Below are positions 15,853 through 31,543 of a DNA stretch of 64,000 nucleotides, in pieces (the first letter of the stretch is position 1; each line of letters opens with the position of its first letter). Both the position numbers and the translations under genes were made by a program. The stretch is from Anolis carolinensis (taxonomy: Eukaryota): the NCBI RefSeq assembly GCF_035594765.1, contig NC_085842.1, forward strand, positions 294,175,749-294,239,748, written 5' to 3'. The notes under the pieces are model-generated. The model saw nothing but the letters and a program-made list of their open reading frames with translations, searched no databases and was not told where the DNA came from.

Positions 15853-18800
15853 GTGTCACAGTTTCCAAGTCTTTGAACTAAAGTGCAAACAGCTATTTTT
15901 CTTAATTTAAGTGCATTATTTACCAACTTATTTTCCTAGCCCCAATAAATGCAAACCACAGCAAGCAAAGCTGACACTAGAGTTTATCTTTGGTCGTTAA
16001 ACATGTCACAAGTATCATTTTACCTCTTATTTTTATGACAGCAAATTTCTACTTTTCTGAAATTTAGCTGAGATTCTCTGAGGATTCTGAAGAAGCCATT
16101 CAAGTTTAGAATGAGATCATAGCAGTTCTTGAAATCTTGGGATCAATCACAAAGTTAATGGCAGTCTATCTGATGGCCAACAACACACCAGAGCCTGCTC
16201 AGAACTGTCTCCAGATGAAAAAGAAGACAGTCAGGCATCTAGAAAAAAAAACCTCTTACATTTTAGAACTCAGGTGGTTTTCTGGACTGCCATTCAAAGA
16301 ATCTTCTAGTCTTCAGCTTTATCCATTATGAATTCTGAACATGGTTTAGGATCCCAATCAGCCCTGATTAGGATAGTCTTCCACCGAAGCTCCCTCTTTT
16401 TCTTGTATTTGGGGAAACTATAGCTATGTTCAACTGGTGCATGAAACCATGAGTCTTGAAATACCTTAAATACTATCAAATTCATTAAGGCAAAAACATT
16501 CAGACTAGAGAACAATTATCAGATATCTCTCCTAAGTACTTCAAAGAACAAACTCTTACCACATGTATGAATAAAGGAGGATGCATACACAGAATTTATG
16601 AAGAACCCATCTGGGAAAAATGTAGTTATTCCTGGCATATGCCAACAAGAATCATTTATGGCACTAAGCTACTGGAAAATAACTTTTTTCCTTTTTCATT
16701 GTGAAAATCACAAGTCTGCAGTAAAACTCACTGGGCTCAACAATAACCAGGTTATGCAAGGTAGTCTCATATCTGGTTTTAAAACTACGTCAAATTGGAG
16801 AGGTATGATATGTAATCAATGATAACGTTATTAAAAATTATTAAAAATATTACAAGATAAGGCAGGGAATCCAATCAGCTTGGAAGACTAAGGGTTTATC
16901 ATCTCAGCTACACCTTTCCCCTCTCAGTGCTTTGCAAAGGCAATTGTTCCCAGTTGCTACCAACACAAATTCTGCCCATGCAATCGGAGATCTCTTAGAA
17001 CTAAGAGTGAATCAGAAGCTCCACTGGAGAATAACCTAATTAAAGCAGTGCTGTCATCAACACAGGATGAAATATTCTGGACTCCCAAGAACTACTGTTG
17101 CCCACTGCATATTCTTCCTGAAATGCTAGGTAGGAAAAAAAACCTAATTTTTACTGAGAGAGCATGTTCATGAATAAAAATTGCAGTGACTGTGCTTCTG
17201 TAGTGCATGTTCATATCCTTGAGATTCTTACTGTGACTCGGGCAGCACAGGAGTGCTTACTATGTATTTTGCTCTAATTCATTCTATTACTGAATTAAAC
17301 TTTGATGTATTGGTCCTGACAAGTGCTTCATGCTGATTGTATTGTGTATGATAGTATAATCACTCCCCATGCTTTTCACACTAGCTGGCTGATTAATGCA
17401 ATAGATTACCTGCAGCACTGATGGCAAGGGGGAATTATGGTCCTTCCACAAGCGAGTCTTTGCACAGTGGTAGAGGCTGGATGTAACAAAGGCACACAGC
17501 ACAGAACCCACCTTAGAGCTTTTCTTCAAATCAGAAGAAAGAATGTTGTTTTACATCTGCTCTGTCTTTTAAAAATAATTCTATTCATTTTTAAAGAACA
17601 AATTCCAACTAGTTTGATATGCGTAAGAAAGAAATGGGAACCATGCTTATTTTCTGCCCTTTAGCCTGTCTTACTTGCCATGCCATATCTTTCTGTCAGG
17701 GTCAAATTCCAAACCTTTTTGCAGCATGGGTCTAAATTAGGTGCTGTAGGATTTCTCCAAATACCAGCAGTGACTTGCCTAGCTGCTAATAATAGAAAGT
17801 AAAGCATATGCTTACACATTATTCCTTTGTTTTCACCCCTACATAAATTTACTAGTCCCAATTTGGTGATCATCTGGCTAATATCTGACTGTACATTCTG
17901 TAAAAGACCATTCCAGCATGTATGAAGATAGGACACTATCTTCATATATAATTTGCCCTGTCAATAGATAAAGGAGTTTTCAAAATGGGTAAAAAAATAG
18001 TCCCTTGATTTTAGGTTTAGGCAAATTGTTCCACATATGTATATGGAATAGGGATCCAATTCATGGTCACATCCTCCATATGAAAAATCAGTACACCATG
18101 TATTTATGTTCAGATTTGAGTATAGGATGCAATTGGAATGATGCCCTGTGATGATCCAAATAACTGTTTCCAAATCAATTTGTTTCATTAGAAAAAGCAG
18201 TGTGTTCAAATTATTTACTGCATGAAACATACTTCATTTTACTTGCTTTTGGTAAGGGAAGCAAACCCTGTTGAGTGTTCTGAACAACACCAGTATAATT
18301 AATTTTGCTTCCCTTTTTTTGGTGTCTCCACATCTTTTTTTTTTGTTTTCTTTTTTAAAAGCTTACGTTATATTTTAATAGTTACACCTATAATATGGCA
18401 AACAGGAAATAGGTCTTACTTTTTAATCTGGTCAGCAGGGAGTAGTTTGTGTACACTAAGGGATTAATTCAGTTTTGTAAATAGTTACAGAAGGACAGGA
18501 AATACTTACAGCAACCAGTTCAGAGACCCCGGAATAGCCATCTGCAAATATTCCTGGGGGTGGGGATATATGAAAAACTACAGCAGATCTAACACACACT
18601 TTACTACTAGATTGTCAAAGAATCACTTCAGAAACTCATGGTACTGCTTGAATTGGCCTTTCAATATTTTGCCATATTATATTTTTGTTATATTTACCTG
18701 GAACTAAAGGCAGAATACAAATGATTCCCAATCAGAGTGTATCCATACTGCACAATACTCCTTGAATTGCTCTGCCTCCATCCTACAGAATCTTTGGGTA

Positions 18801-18959
18801 GTTTGCTCAGGTATTTAGAAATCTTTAGAGTACTATAATGTTGTAGTATAGTTGTCCACTATAAAGGAGGAGCACTAATGACACTTAATATGTATCCTTA
18901 CCTAGCTGTTGAACATCTACCTTCATTAATATGCTGTTTACCATCTTCACTCCAATATT

Positions 18960-19171
18960 TTTAAGTTAAATTTTATGAGTTTATAAGGATTTAACATGTT
19001 GTAATTGTGTGGATTATATTATGTCTTGTTTATTAAAGTTGCTTTTATAAATTTAGAGAGCTTGTGTTTGATTTGTTATATGTTTCCTCGGCACTGAATG
19101 TTTGCCACTGGTTTTATTGTTGTAAGCCACCCTGAGTCCCTCCGGGGAGATAGGTCAGGCTATAAATAAAG

Positions 19172-19228
<57 letters not shown>
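18960..19228 (+). mobile_element. L2-like LINE 3' end with (ATT)n tail
   Basis: gcactgaatgtttgcc...gtaagccaccctgagtccctccggggagatagg...tataaataaa, then (ATT)n at 19173-19228. Confidence 0.75.
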
Positions 19229-19229
<1 letters not shown>

Positions 19230-20029
19230 TCTCTAGCATGAATTCCATAGATGAAGTCATGGTAACCTGAGTAGTATCAAACATATATAGCCATACAGTG
19301 TGTAGATAAATTCCCTATCAATTCAAGGAGATTCAGGCTTGCTTAGCTTCATCAAGATTGTGGTCTTGTCTGCCTTCAAAACATGTACTAGGTTCCTTTT
19401 TTATCATTGCTCCTTTCTCGGTGCTGTCAAGCTCAAGTTACTCTTAGGGACTCCATACATTTTTAAGTAATGTGTGAAGTCTAAATGTGGCACTCAGTCA
19501 TTTGGCAACACATACATTGATGAAGAGAGCCAAGAATGCTTGTGGTCCCTACTGAATATACATCAGGGCAGAACTGGGTTGATTGCTCAGCAATGTGTGA
19601 AACATCTTGCAGTATAATCACATGGCTTAATTTTCAATGACTCTTTCCAGTCCTACATGTATTCCAAACAGGCTGAAAGTGTGACTTGGCTCAGGACAAA
19701 TGATTAGCTACACCAAAGCGCACAACTTCTGCCATTTTATAGATGGCTTTTAATGGTAAAGAATAAATGGAAGCTAATGAGTCAACATTATCAAACCAAA
19801 TATATACAGAGAGGAGACAAATATCAGACCAAATATAACGAAGACGTAAAAGGTTCAAGGGCTTTAAAATTGTAGCTGTTATTTTATAGATTTCTATGCT
19901 GACCTTACAACTCTATGAAAAATATTACACTAAGACATCAATTAAACAAACCTATAATGTTCAACGGCATAGAAATTATCCATCATGGTCAATCACTGGT
20001 GGCCAAGTATTATTGTTTTCCAGAGATAG

Positions 20030-20520
20030 GGTGTTGGCAGTGGATCTGTAAATGACTGTGAAGACCTATTCTGGATCCAAATGGTCTTTTACAATAAGGA
20101 CACAGATTTCCAGGTGAAAGGCTTGATGTGGCTTCCTTTTGGCACATTTCTCCCTTTTGCCCTGTATTCATGCCTCTTCAAAATTAGTAGCTCCATTGTT
20201 TGATCTCAAGTTTAGAGTGCCCAAGTGCCAGGGATTCCCAGTTCTTGGTGTTTATACCACATTTTAAAGGTTAGTTTTAAACCCATCTTTCAATCTTTTT
20301 TGTTGTCTACTGACATTCTGTTTTCTGTTTTTAAGTTGAGAATAAAGTAATTGCTTTGGGAGACGGTGATCAGACACTCTGGCAAGGTGGCCAGTCCAGC
20401 AAAGTTGAATCATTGTTTCAGTGCTGGTGGTCTCCTTCTTCCAGGACACTGATGTTTATCCACCTGTCTTCCCAAGTGATTTGCAGGATTTTTCAAAGGC
20501 CACACTGATGGAATCATTCC
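20030..20520 (-). mobile_element. RTE-clade LINE 3' fragment
   Basis: ORF 20264..20449 (QLCWTGHLARVSDHRLPKQLLYSQLK...QQKRLKD) resembles the RTE ORF C-terminal motif LRWxGHxxRMxDxRLPKQLLY. Confidence 0.85.
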
Positions 20521-23500
20521 AGAACTCAAAAATATCATAGTTAAGATTTAACTTTAATGACTGATCAGGGCTAATTTACATGCCATGGAAAATACAAGGA
20601 GTTGAGAGTAGAGATTATTCGCATCAATTACAGCATTCCCTGAGCTGAGTTCTGGTCAGGATGCTTCAGCTAGCAGAAAGAATTATTATTTTTATTGATT
20701 CTGCCCTCCCTTTGGAGTCTTCACCATCACCCACATCAATATGCAATGATCCTCAATCTGCTGGAGCATATTTGATGAGAGGACATTGGAGGCTGAAGAA
20801 GAGATTAAACAACTGTTCAGTTCTAAACACCTAGCATGACCCACAATTATTTTTCTAATATGATAGAGAAAACCCATTTTAGGCATTCCAGACAGAAGTG
20901 TGGAAAGTGTGGTCTGTATCAGGTCCCTCAAAGCTATGTGAGGCTCTTACCACACATACCCTCAGTGCACCATGGGTCAAACAAATGACTCAGAATTTAA
21001 ACCTAAAAGCCCTAAAATTACTAAAAATACTGTCTCTCATGTCCTTCACAACGCAATAGGGGCATAAATGTGAAGAGATGTTCTTTCCAGGGTGCTATGG
21101 TTTATATGGTCCTCCCAAGACTTCCTAGGGAACAAATGCAATTCTCTAACTTGTATCAATTTAACTTTTTTCACACATGAATACTAGTGCATCTTTATGC
21201 CAGCCAAAGCTTGTTTCTTACGTTACTATATTATAAACAACTATGTTCCCATAACTTATTCAAGTCTAAACTTTTCCACAATGTACAAGACTACTAAAAG
21301 CTGTTCTGAGGTTTTCAATAGCATTTCACATATTTTCACACAGGCAGTTATCAGTTTCCTCTTCTTATATGTGAAGGAGGAAAGAATAGTGCTCAAGTCT
21401 GTTCATGGCTTGCCATTGTTCCCACTGTCTGAATTTGGCCACTGTTATAAGCTCTTTGCAAGTTTCATTTTCAGACATGAAGGTATCTTACATAAACTTC
21501 AAGAATAAATCAATGAACAGTCCTGAAAGGAGCAGGACAATACAATGAACTTTGATTGCAAATCATTGTTGTGCAGTAAATGAAACCGCTGTGAAATTCA
21601 GAGAAGCTGTGATAATTCTGGAGATCAAAAGGCCAAACCTTGTTCGAGTGAGTAATGGCAAACAAAACAAGAAATTGATGCAGACTAGCTGTTTCTATTC
21701 CATTTCTGCCACAGATTAAGTACGAACATTGTTGTGCATGCGTTTCATTCATATTTAGACAGCTGCTTGGCAATGGATTCTCACTTTCATTTTTTAGAAA
21801 TTCCCTTGTTTATACATGTGTCCAATGTGAAGTGGGGGTGCTGAGGCATTTGTTTTGAAATACAAGTCTTGTGCAATGCTTCCTCACTCCTAAAATAAGA
21901 GGAAAGCTAGCAAGAAGAGATAATGAAAATCAAGTTCAGAAAAACACATATCTGATCCTGTAATCTACGTGTTGACAAGTTGTTGGTCTCCATCACTCTA
22001 CCAAGCAAAGATACCCGTCTCAGATTCTTCTGCTCTACTGCTCTCATCAGATAAAGCATCGAAGATTTAATTTAACAGTTTCAGCTTTATTAAGCTGTCA
22101 CAAGAGCAGCCCCACTTTGATAACAGTAGCTGTACCAATTATGGCTTAGTTTAGGGTTGACAAGTATAATGATTTATTCGTGACACATGAGAAGCAATAA
22201 AAGGTTGTTTTGCATTACAGAATATTTTAAAAAGAGAGACTTTTTTCATTTAATTTGTCACTTAGCTTTTGCTAAGAGGATTTTTAAATTGCAGTTAAAA
22301 GGCAAATGGGGCTTTTAGTTTAAAACCATAATCCCCATATTTAAATGATCCGTAATGGCACAGCGTTAAAGTGGAGAGCGCTATTGTTTCTCAGTGGGTC
22401 CCGATGGCGACATGCGACATTTGTATTCAGGCCTTGTATTATCCATGTGGCTAAAGGGCTTCCAATTTCATATCACAGCCAGGAGCCTGCAGAAAACACC
22501 AATTAACTTGCAGATCCCATTTGCTGACAAAACTGAGCCTCTTCTCTATGTCTGGCATCGGGTAGCACTCAGCATTTAATTCCGAAGCACAGCCTTGCAG
22601 CAATGTGATCCTTACATGGAATCACAAAGCTGAATCTTCCTCCCTCCCATCAACTAAACAAAAACCCTTTTTATTTTGTCAGCCCAGAAACAACTTAAAA
22701 TCTAAATTTTTGACACATGACTGTGATGGAGAGGTTGCAAGTTGCAAGCTCCAGGGACTAACTGAACTGTGGACAAGGACACTTATTCTAAGGAAGGGGA
22801 AGGAAAATAGTCTGACCTTTTTGTGAAAACAGATAACAGCTTGCAACAGGCGCTAGCTTATATGTACTGATGTATAACACTCCTAATTTTTCCAGTTCCG
22901 CAAAATGAGAAGTTCAGGACAGACCAAATATATCAAAGCTTATCGCTTCAGCTTGGGATAGGAATCATGCAGCCCCTCCATATGCAACTCCCAATAAGTC
23001 TCAGCATTAGCTATGCTTGTTGGAAATGCTGGGGTTTGCAGTCCAGCAGCCTCTGAAGGGCCACATGATCCCCACTCATGCTTCAATATTTAAAGGATAG
23101 TTCTATGCAAAAGCACATTCATTTACAAGATGGTCTTTGCCTTTTATTAAAAAAACAACCATAAATATTTAGCTAAACCCTGTATCAATGTATGTACACA
23201 GGAAAGAAACAGTAAATAAGCTTTGCCAAACTCCGAAGCAATGCTGAGTTAGATTCAAGTAATGTAAGACACTAGAGATAACTAGAGATTCCATAACAGG
23301 GCCCCTATTTGTAGAAAACAGAACTTGCTTGAATTACAAGCAAGCTAGATGAATATAGCAAGCTAGTCTGCCTGTTATTCAGGCAACACATGACTCACTG
23401 TGACTATTGTTTGGAATCTTCAACTGGTACAAGAATGCAACTGTAAATGTAATAGCAATTTTAGGTCCACCTCACTGGTTGTCAGTGGACTTCTTTATCC

Positions 23501-26500
23501 CGTTTAAAATATTGGGAGTTATCTTTCAGCCTTTCATAGATTACGTGAAAGATTGTCGACACCCACGGAAAACTGCCCAGAGATTAAGACTAGGGACATG
23601 CTCTCAGGTAAATAAGGTAAGCTGCAAGATTCACAGGTAAAGTGAGTACAGTTCATCAAGCTGTGAGGCCTCAGTGACCCCAATACAATGGAAGTCCTTG
23701 GCAGAGTTTAGTTCCTTTCACTGTAAAATTTTAATATTTGTGTTTGGGCTAAATATTTAGTTTGGCCCAAACACAATTTTCCAAGCCATTCTCCCATAAT
23801 GCTTTGCCTTTGAGACTCACACACACTTTACATTCGTGGAATAGGTGGCCTGGAGCCAGACATATCCTATTTTCATCACTGCCTTCATCATCTTCCTGTC
23901 ATCATCATTTTTTTCCTCACTGCTTGCTGCCACTTCTGCCTCCAGCACAACCACTCTGGTGAAGCAATAGGATACTAACCAATGTATTTTGTTCATTTGG
24001 TTTTATGATTTTGTCATGTCAGTCACCAGATCCCAGTGATTTTATGTATCCCTTACATAAAAGTTTACAAAAACAATACAACAGCAATGACAAATAACTA
24101 CAGTAAACAGAGACATTAAAATATTTTGGCCAGCAACCAATGATCAAAGCAATGGTTAAATAAAGTCTGAACTTTAGCATTTTCAATCCCTGGTCTAATA
24201 GGAAAGTTGTGATTTGGCACCAGATTGCATTCAATGATATGCAAATATAAAATTTAAGGACTAAAGCAACAGCTAGCTACTTTTCACTGAAAATACAGCT
24301 CTGATTAGGGAAAGTCTCTTTTTGAGTCAGTTTCTGATACCTTAAGTCATCTATAAAACCAATTTGCATTGCTTAGAATCACAAGTGTAAGCTTTCCAAA
24401 TTCAGCACACACAATCTGTTATGTAACAGTGTCCCATCAGTTCTAGGAAACGTGGATTTAAAAGTAATCGCCTCCTTTTTCCCTTGGTCTAGCTATCTGC
24501 TTGTCTGATGTCTTTCAAATGTAATTAATGTCTCTGTCAAAACAGCAACTGTTCTCTTATCTTAATGACCCACCTTGTTTAGCTAGACCTTTTAGACTTA
24601 TAAAAGAACTTAGTTGCATATTCCTTTGTACTTTGTTCTATTAAGATATTAAGTGAATTACACCTTCAAAGGAAGCCTTCTCACTGCCCACCTGACTGTG
24701 GGAATGTTGCTTGCCTGCCCACACTAACAGAACCTCAACTAGTATCTTAAGTTAGTTCAGCCTTCTGAAAAGCTTATTGGTTCCAGAAGCTAACCATTCT
24801 TTTGTAAAATCACTTTTAAAAATAGCCAAACCTGTTTTGTCCAAGGTGATTTCTAACATGTTCTTATGAAAACTTTGTATCAAGTTGACCCTAGGGCCAG
24901 CCTGTGAGCATGTGTGAACATGTTAATAGAAGTTAGCTTTATTTTTCCTTTTGATGTTTGATGACATTAGATATGGTCTCTGGGTGCTTTTCAAACTGTA
25001 TTCATCAGCCAAAAAAACCCAATCATATAAACCCTTTTGTTTTTTCTCTAAAGCAACCTAAATCAGTGTCCTTAAGGTGAGTAGGCAATGGGAAGATAGA
25101 AAAACCCTGTATAGAATAATCACACTTTGTTGAAGGACAAATCTTTCCTTGGTTTCTCTCTGAAGGCAGCTTCTACTCTGACGTGAAATACTATAACATC
25201 TGCTGCATTTTAGATTATAACTGCACACTACTCACAAAACATTAGTTATTGGGAGTTTAAGAACACAAAACAAAATTAATGAATAATATCAAGGAACTGG
25301 CAGCAGCTAGATAGAACTGAGGCATGGCCTAGATGTGTAATTTCTGGGTGAATACAAATGAGTTTATGCAAGATGAGGAAAGAGGACACTTGCGTGACAC
25401 TGCAAGAATGAGAGGTGTGGAAGCTAGGGTGACTCTCTTTCCCATGCCACTGACAGGAGCAGTTCTGTCAGCAGGAAAACCTATCTGGCTACTACCATGA
25501 AACCACTTAGCCTTTGGTAGAGAATGCAGTGCTCTAGGATATTTCAGAGGCTTAAAATTACGTAACAAGGATGACATTAAGTGCCTAATGGTTGGCTAAA
25601 AAAAGAAAAGGCCAATACACAAAGCTGTACCATTTAGAATGAGCACACTAAACTCTTCTAGAAGTAACCAAGTAACTAACTACACTATTCTCAACACATC
25701 TCATTCAGCATGATCAAGATAATTTCTATCCTGAACCCTATCCTCAGACCAGGTATGAAACTGATATCAGATAACCAGTTTCACTCAGAAGCTCTTGAAA
25801 CAGATTCAGTTACATTTACCAAGAATGGCATGCGTGAGGCTAGTCTTTCATTTCCTAGAACAAAAAACGAAGAAAAGCTTTATTCAAGAAAAAAATCGTA
25901 ACTAACACAAAGTCAAATGGTTTCTCCTGCCAAATCTACATTAGGAAGAAGAGCATGGGTCAAATAGGCAAGCAGCAGGATCAACAGGCTCAAGCACTTA
26001 GACTGCTTCCTCAAGCACCGACACTAAAATTCATCTAGTAAAAACAAAGAAGAATCAGCCCTGGACACTGTTGTTGTAGTCCCTTTTACTAAATTCAAAT
26101 GACCTCTATCCAAGTCATTTTATAGTTGTAATATCATCACAACCTACTATCAAGGATTCTGAAGCCTCAAAAGAATGTCTAGTTGGATTAAACCTTTCAT
26201 CACAGTGGAAAGGCTCTGACTCTAGTATGTCATAAAAGGCTCTGAAGAACCATTGTGTCAACTGCTTCAGTTTGCTATTCTAATATACTGAAAAGAAATT
26301 ACAGAATCCAAAACAACTATGGAGCTTATACAATAGGAGTGATGTCCATGGGCTATATGAGGTCCGCAATGCCTGCAGATTCCATAGACAATTTATTAAC
26401 AACAACAGAATTCCTGCCCCAACTATAAGCGTATACATTCAAAATGAATTGCATTCAATGCCTAGGAATGGAGATGAAATTTTCATCTGCCTCAGCAACC

Positions 26501-26952
26501 GCTAAACTCTCTTGTGTAGAATATCTAGCTGAGAGTTACAAGGCCAAACCTCCTAACAACTTTCAACCAACTGTATCCCTACGACACACAAGGTCACTAT
26601 TAAATATAGTACCTTCAAAAAAATGTTGGTGGAATGTGTTGCCAGGATTCCCTTACTGATTGCATGTCTATGTGGAAGATAAGCCAAAATAGCTGCAGCT
26701 TGAAATTTGCACCTCTGGACCTTTCAGTGTTATATTCATCTCATGTAGAGCCATGTAAAAATATGGCACTCCTTTTCCAAAATAAATGACACACCAAAAT
26801 AACACTAGGTGTGAATTACAACTGTGGCAGTTATTTCAATTCCAGTTCCTGCTAAACTGGATTAAGATACTCATAACATACTGGCACTTTTAAAATAAAT
26901 ATAGGTTCGTTCCCAGCTTTAAATTTATTCAATTTTCAAGCAGACATTCATA

Positions 26953-27260
26953 CAACAGGTCCTCGGTATCTGCTGAGGTTTGGTTCCAGGCCCCTCCCCC
27001 CCCCCACACACACACACCTTGTGGATATCAAAATGTGTTGATAGTCACATGCCATTACATACAACAGCATATATAAAATGGCAAACAAATGGGTATCTGA
27101 AGATCTGTGAAATGGCAGGAGGCTATAGCAGAGTATGTCTACACATCAGCATAATGCTTACCGCACAGCAAAATCAAGCTTTGCTTTTTAGAAGTTTATT
27201 TTAATATGACTATTTTGATCTGTTAGCTGAATATATGGATGCAGAACCCATGGTACATGG
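26953..27260. mobile_element. Degraded Tc1/pogo (Tigger-like) MITE
   Basis: TA-flanked caacaggtcctcggtatctgctgaggtttggttccagg start and matching degenerate end atggatgcagaacccatgg. Confidence 0.55.
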
Positions 27261-28067
27261 ATTGAAAAAACATCTATACAAAATTTCATGTGCATACCTC
27301 AGCTGCCACTACTATTAAGGCCAAGAAGTTTTGCAATATTTTTTGATGTGTAGGCATACTCTGCTATAGCCTCCTGCCATTTCATTGATCTTCAGGCACC
27401 CGTGCATTCCAAAGATCCCTAATTTATACTTAGTTGCTCTTGTATTACACAAGTCCATGAAGCATTTGGTTAAGATTCCAAGTCAGCAGTCTAATCTGGA
27501 AAATGATTCACCACTAGTCTGAATTAATAAATAAACAGTGTTCTTGTCTTCCTAACTTCACAGCCTCCAAATCCAAACACAGGACACACACAAAAGATAT
27601 CCCACATTAGATATACACTCATGTAAACACAGCCACTTGTCTGAAGTATGAATTCAGGGACCAGGGTCAACAGTATGCCATATGTCAAATTTAAACAGTG
27701 GGCTGCACAGTTTTCCACATCAACTGAGAACTAATGGCTAAAGCTGTATGTCCTTTCATAGACATTTTTGGAATCAAGAGATAGGCAGACCTAAGCAGAA
27801 AGGTAAACATTTACTATTAATAGCTGCAGACCTAGCCCTTGTTAATACAATGGATTACTTATTACCTAGGAAGTGTTTATATTCCACCTCCTACTATTAA
27901 ACAGTTCATATAGTAGTTATTTTTGGCTGTGTGTCCTTGACTTTAGCAAAAATGCACTGATTTTGTCCATAAAAAAGTGCCCAGGCTGTCATATTTCTCA
28001 GAAGTTAGCAACAGTTCCAAGCTTTGCTGACAAGAGCCAATGCTTTTCAAAACACGGAAATGTTTCA

Positions 28068-28256
<189 letters not shown>

Positions 28257-28789
28257 CTAGAAGATCAAATAGCAAAGCAAAATAAATAAATAAAGAGCAT
28301 GTTATAAAGAGAAATGCTACCATTCAACAGGGGCGAAGAGAAGGAAGGAAATCACACATAGCTAAGGAGATAATGTAGACCCTGGAGATACCAAGAAAAT
28401 AAGAGATTTATGGATATTGTGATATATTGTCAATTGGAGATGAAACACTAGTGCACAGATGTAAGGTATGCAATATATTGAAAAGTAGGTAAAACATGTA
28501 AGAGGTAACTGTAAAAAAGTACGCCAGAGCTCTTTGTTACAATTAATGTGATGGACCTATTCCATTATGGAATTGTTTTTCAATATTATTCCAGCAACTG
28601 GCAGAATAGTGTGTCTAACATAACATAAAAATAACAACCTCAAATATCAGGTTTGGAAAGAATGTCTAAATAACTTATGGACACTGCCATATTTAAGGTT
28701 AAATATAAAACTAATGGGAAAATGAGAATTAGATAGTATGTAACTCAAATATACTATATTTATCAGTATCTAGAATGAAATACATAAAC

Positions 28790-29020
28790 ACTACATTTGT
28801 TGTTATTGTGTGCTTTCAAGTCATTTCTGACTTATGGTGTCCTTATCATGGAATATTCATTGCAGAATTTGTTCAAGAGGGGTTGTGTTTGCCTCACTGT
28901 GAGGCTGAGAAACTTCAACTTACTCAAGATCAGCCAGTAGATCCCTATGGTCGAGCAAAGATTCAAACCCTAATCTCTCAGAGTCCTAGTCCAACACTCA
29001 ACCTACTACACTATGCTGGC
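28790..29020 (-). mobile_element. Old SINE-like repeat
   Basis: tgttgttattgtgtgctttcaagtcatttctgacttatgg tail and a reverse B-box-like gattcaaacc. Confidence 0.45.
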
Positions 29021-31177
29021 TCCTCTAGTTATTTCATGCTGTATTTGCATGCCAGTCCTCTTTTTCCTGTGTGCAGCTTTTTCACATAATGTAACGGTCA
29101 GTATTGATATGGAGCCTGATAAAAACCACAATATGAAATACTAAGGTCATGATTGGGAAATGGCCACAATGCAGGAGGAACTTAACGCTGTTTCATTGTG
29201 CCTCAAAACTATATCGCATTTGCAATAAACGTTCTCAAGAAAGCATAACATGTAATTTGTCCCTTGCAGCAAAAGGGGTTGCATCCAGATTATGTTGTCC
29301 AAATTTCCTTTAGTCATACTGAGTAGAAGTCATATGAACAAATGTAATGAATTAAACAATAAGATTATTAATTTTTATTTCCCTCCTTCCCCGTACTTTA
29401 TCCCTAGGGCTACAGAGATGTTACTGATTTTTTTTTTTAAAACTGACTGAAGGGTGAGGGGAAAATATGGACAGAAATGTGAGGGTGGTAAAAGCTAGTA
29501 TTGGAAGAAACCATGTCTCCCAATATTTGTTACATTACTTCAGTCCTAAACACTGGATTCTTTTAAGTTAACCACACAGAATGTACCTGAGGCTGTAGCA
29601 TGTTGGTTGCTATCAGTTTGTTCAGTGTAACAACTGACCTTGTTCCTACTGTAAAGTACACATATCTTGGAGACATCTAGCTTGAGATTGCATTATTCCA
29701 ACAGCAATAACCTGCAGCTGTGCTGCCCAAGTTCCTTGCAATTAACTACCCTGATTTTGGGCTGTTTTTTGGCTATTGACTTTTGTCTTCAACATTCCAG
29801 TCTGGTCCAAGTTATCTATGGCAGTCTTCTGTTGGACTTCTTCACATTTTCTACAATTAGCTTCTATCACCATCACATACTTAACCCTCCATGCAATTAA
29901 TCTATAAACCTGAGAGTAGAAGCATAAAATTTCATGATCAGACTTAATTTCATCCCCATTATCACAACATTACAGATTGTTCCCTGAAGCCTTTATTTAT
30001 TTATGATTTATATCACACTTTCATCTCATGAATGGATTGCAATAAAATTAAGTAAAACATAACATGAGTATTAACGAAACAGATTTTTTTAAAAAAAATA
30101 CCATTTTAAGAGCACCAGTAACAGAAAATATGGCAGTTGCCCAGTTAAACGCTCCTTCTGCAGCAAGTGTGACCACTTGACAAAGGCCCACCTGCATGTA
30201 AGTATACCAAAAAAAGGGCTTTGCCTACTGGTGGAAGAGCAACAGGGAGGAAGCCAGCCTAGCCTTGCTCAGTGGGAGAGTATGGGAGTGACCACTGTGA
30301 AAGAAATAATGTTGACTTGAGAGAGCATTCTCACTTAATAGAGCTGCCACAACCTCAATTCCAAGTTTTTCCATGAAGTGCCTGTTTTATGTAAAGCTGG
30401 GGGGGGGGGGCAAAATGTGGCCCATAAGCTGCATGAGGCTCCTAAGGCCATTACTACATCCTATCCGAAACCACAATGCCCCCCTCCCACAACTCCAATC
30501 AGAAAATCCCTCATCACTACTTCCACCCACCCTAAAACCCTCTCTCCTGGAGGCATTCCTAAATGGGAAGGTAAAAGGAGGCACAAAACCCCATTCTCCC
30601 CTTCCACCCCCTGACAATTAAAAAGAAATAAATCTTGAACGGGATCTTTAACATTCCCAGTTTGAGATTTTCAATATGTTACAAAGAATTCTAACATTGA
30701 AAAGTTGGGCCTTGATTGGAAATTGCCTACTCTTTTGACTGAGCCACCATTTTCAATAACGTAAGTATTCAAAACTGAAAAATCTAGATTCTAAGCATTA
30801 CCCATCTCTACAACCATTCTGATTTTATATTAATTGTTTTTCCTTAGTAAAAGGGCCTCACTTGAATTTATTAATTGTTTACTGGCAGTTCAAAACGCAT
30901 GGCAAGTCACGAGTCAAGCTTCAAAGTTGAAAAATTTTAAAGTAATGTTTATGACCCATGGAAAGCCTTTCCCTAAGTCATTAGGACAAAGCTTAGCCAC
31001 ACTTTTCTTGAAACAAGGAGAGTTGGTTTTATTTTAGAAAGCCATTTTACATTTCCTTTAGCTGGGGGCTCTACCACCAAAACAGCTTGTAAGACAACTG
31101 ACCTGAAACCTGAAGACAATTCATTTTAAACCACCATTTTCCGAGTAATAGCAAAACCAGTAAACCAATATGCTTTT

Positions 31178-31220
31178 CCTGCATAGCAGGGGGTTGGACT
31201 GGAGCCCGTGTGGTCTCTTC
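31178..31220 (+). mobile_element. Very short CR1 3' end
   Basis: cctgcatagcagggggttggactgg...gtctcttccagctctatgattctat; the terminus runs to about 31237. Confidence 0.65.
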
Positions 31221-31258
31221 CAGCTCTATGATTCTATAATTTTAGAATAGGAATATCA

Positions 31259-31543
<285 letters not shown>

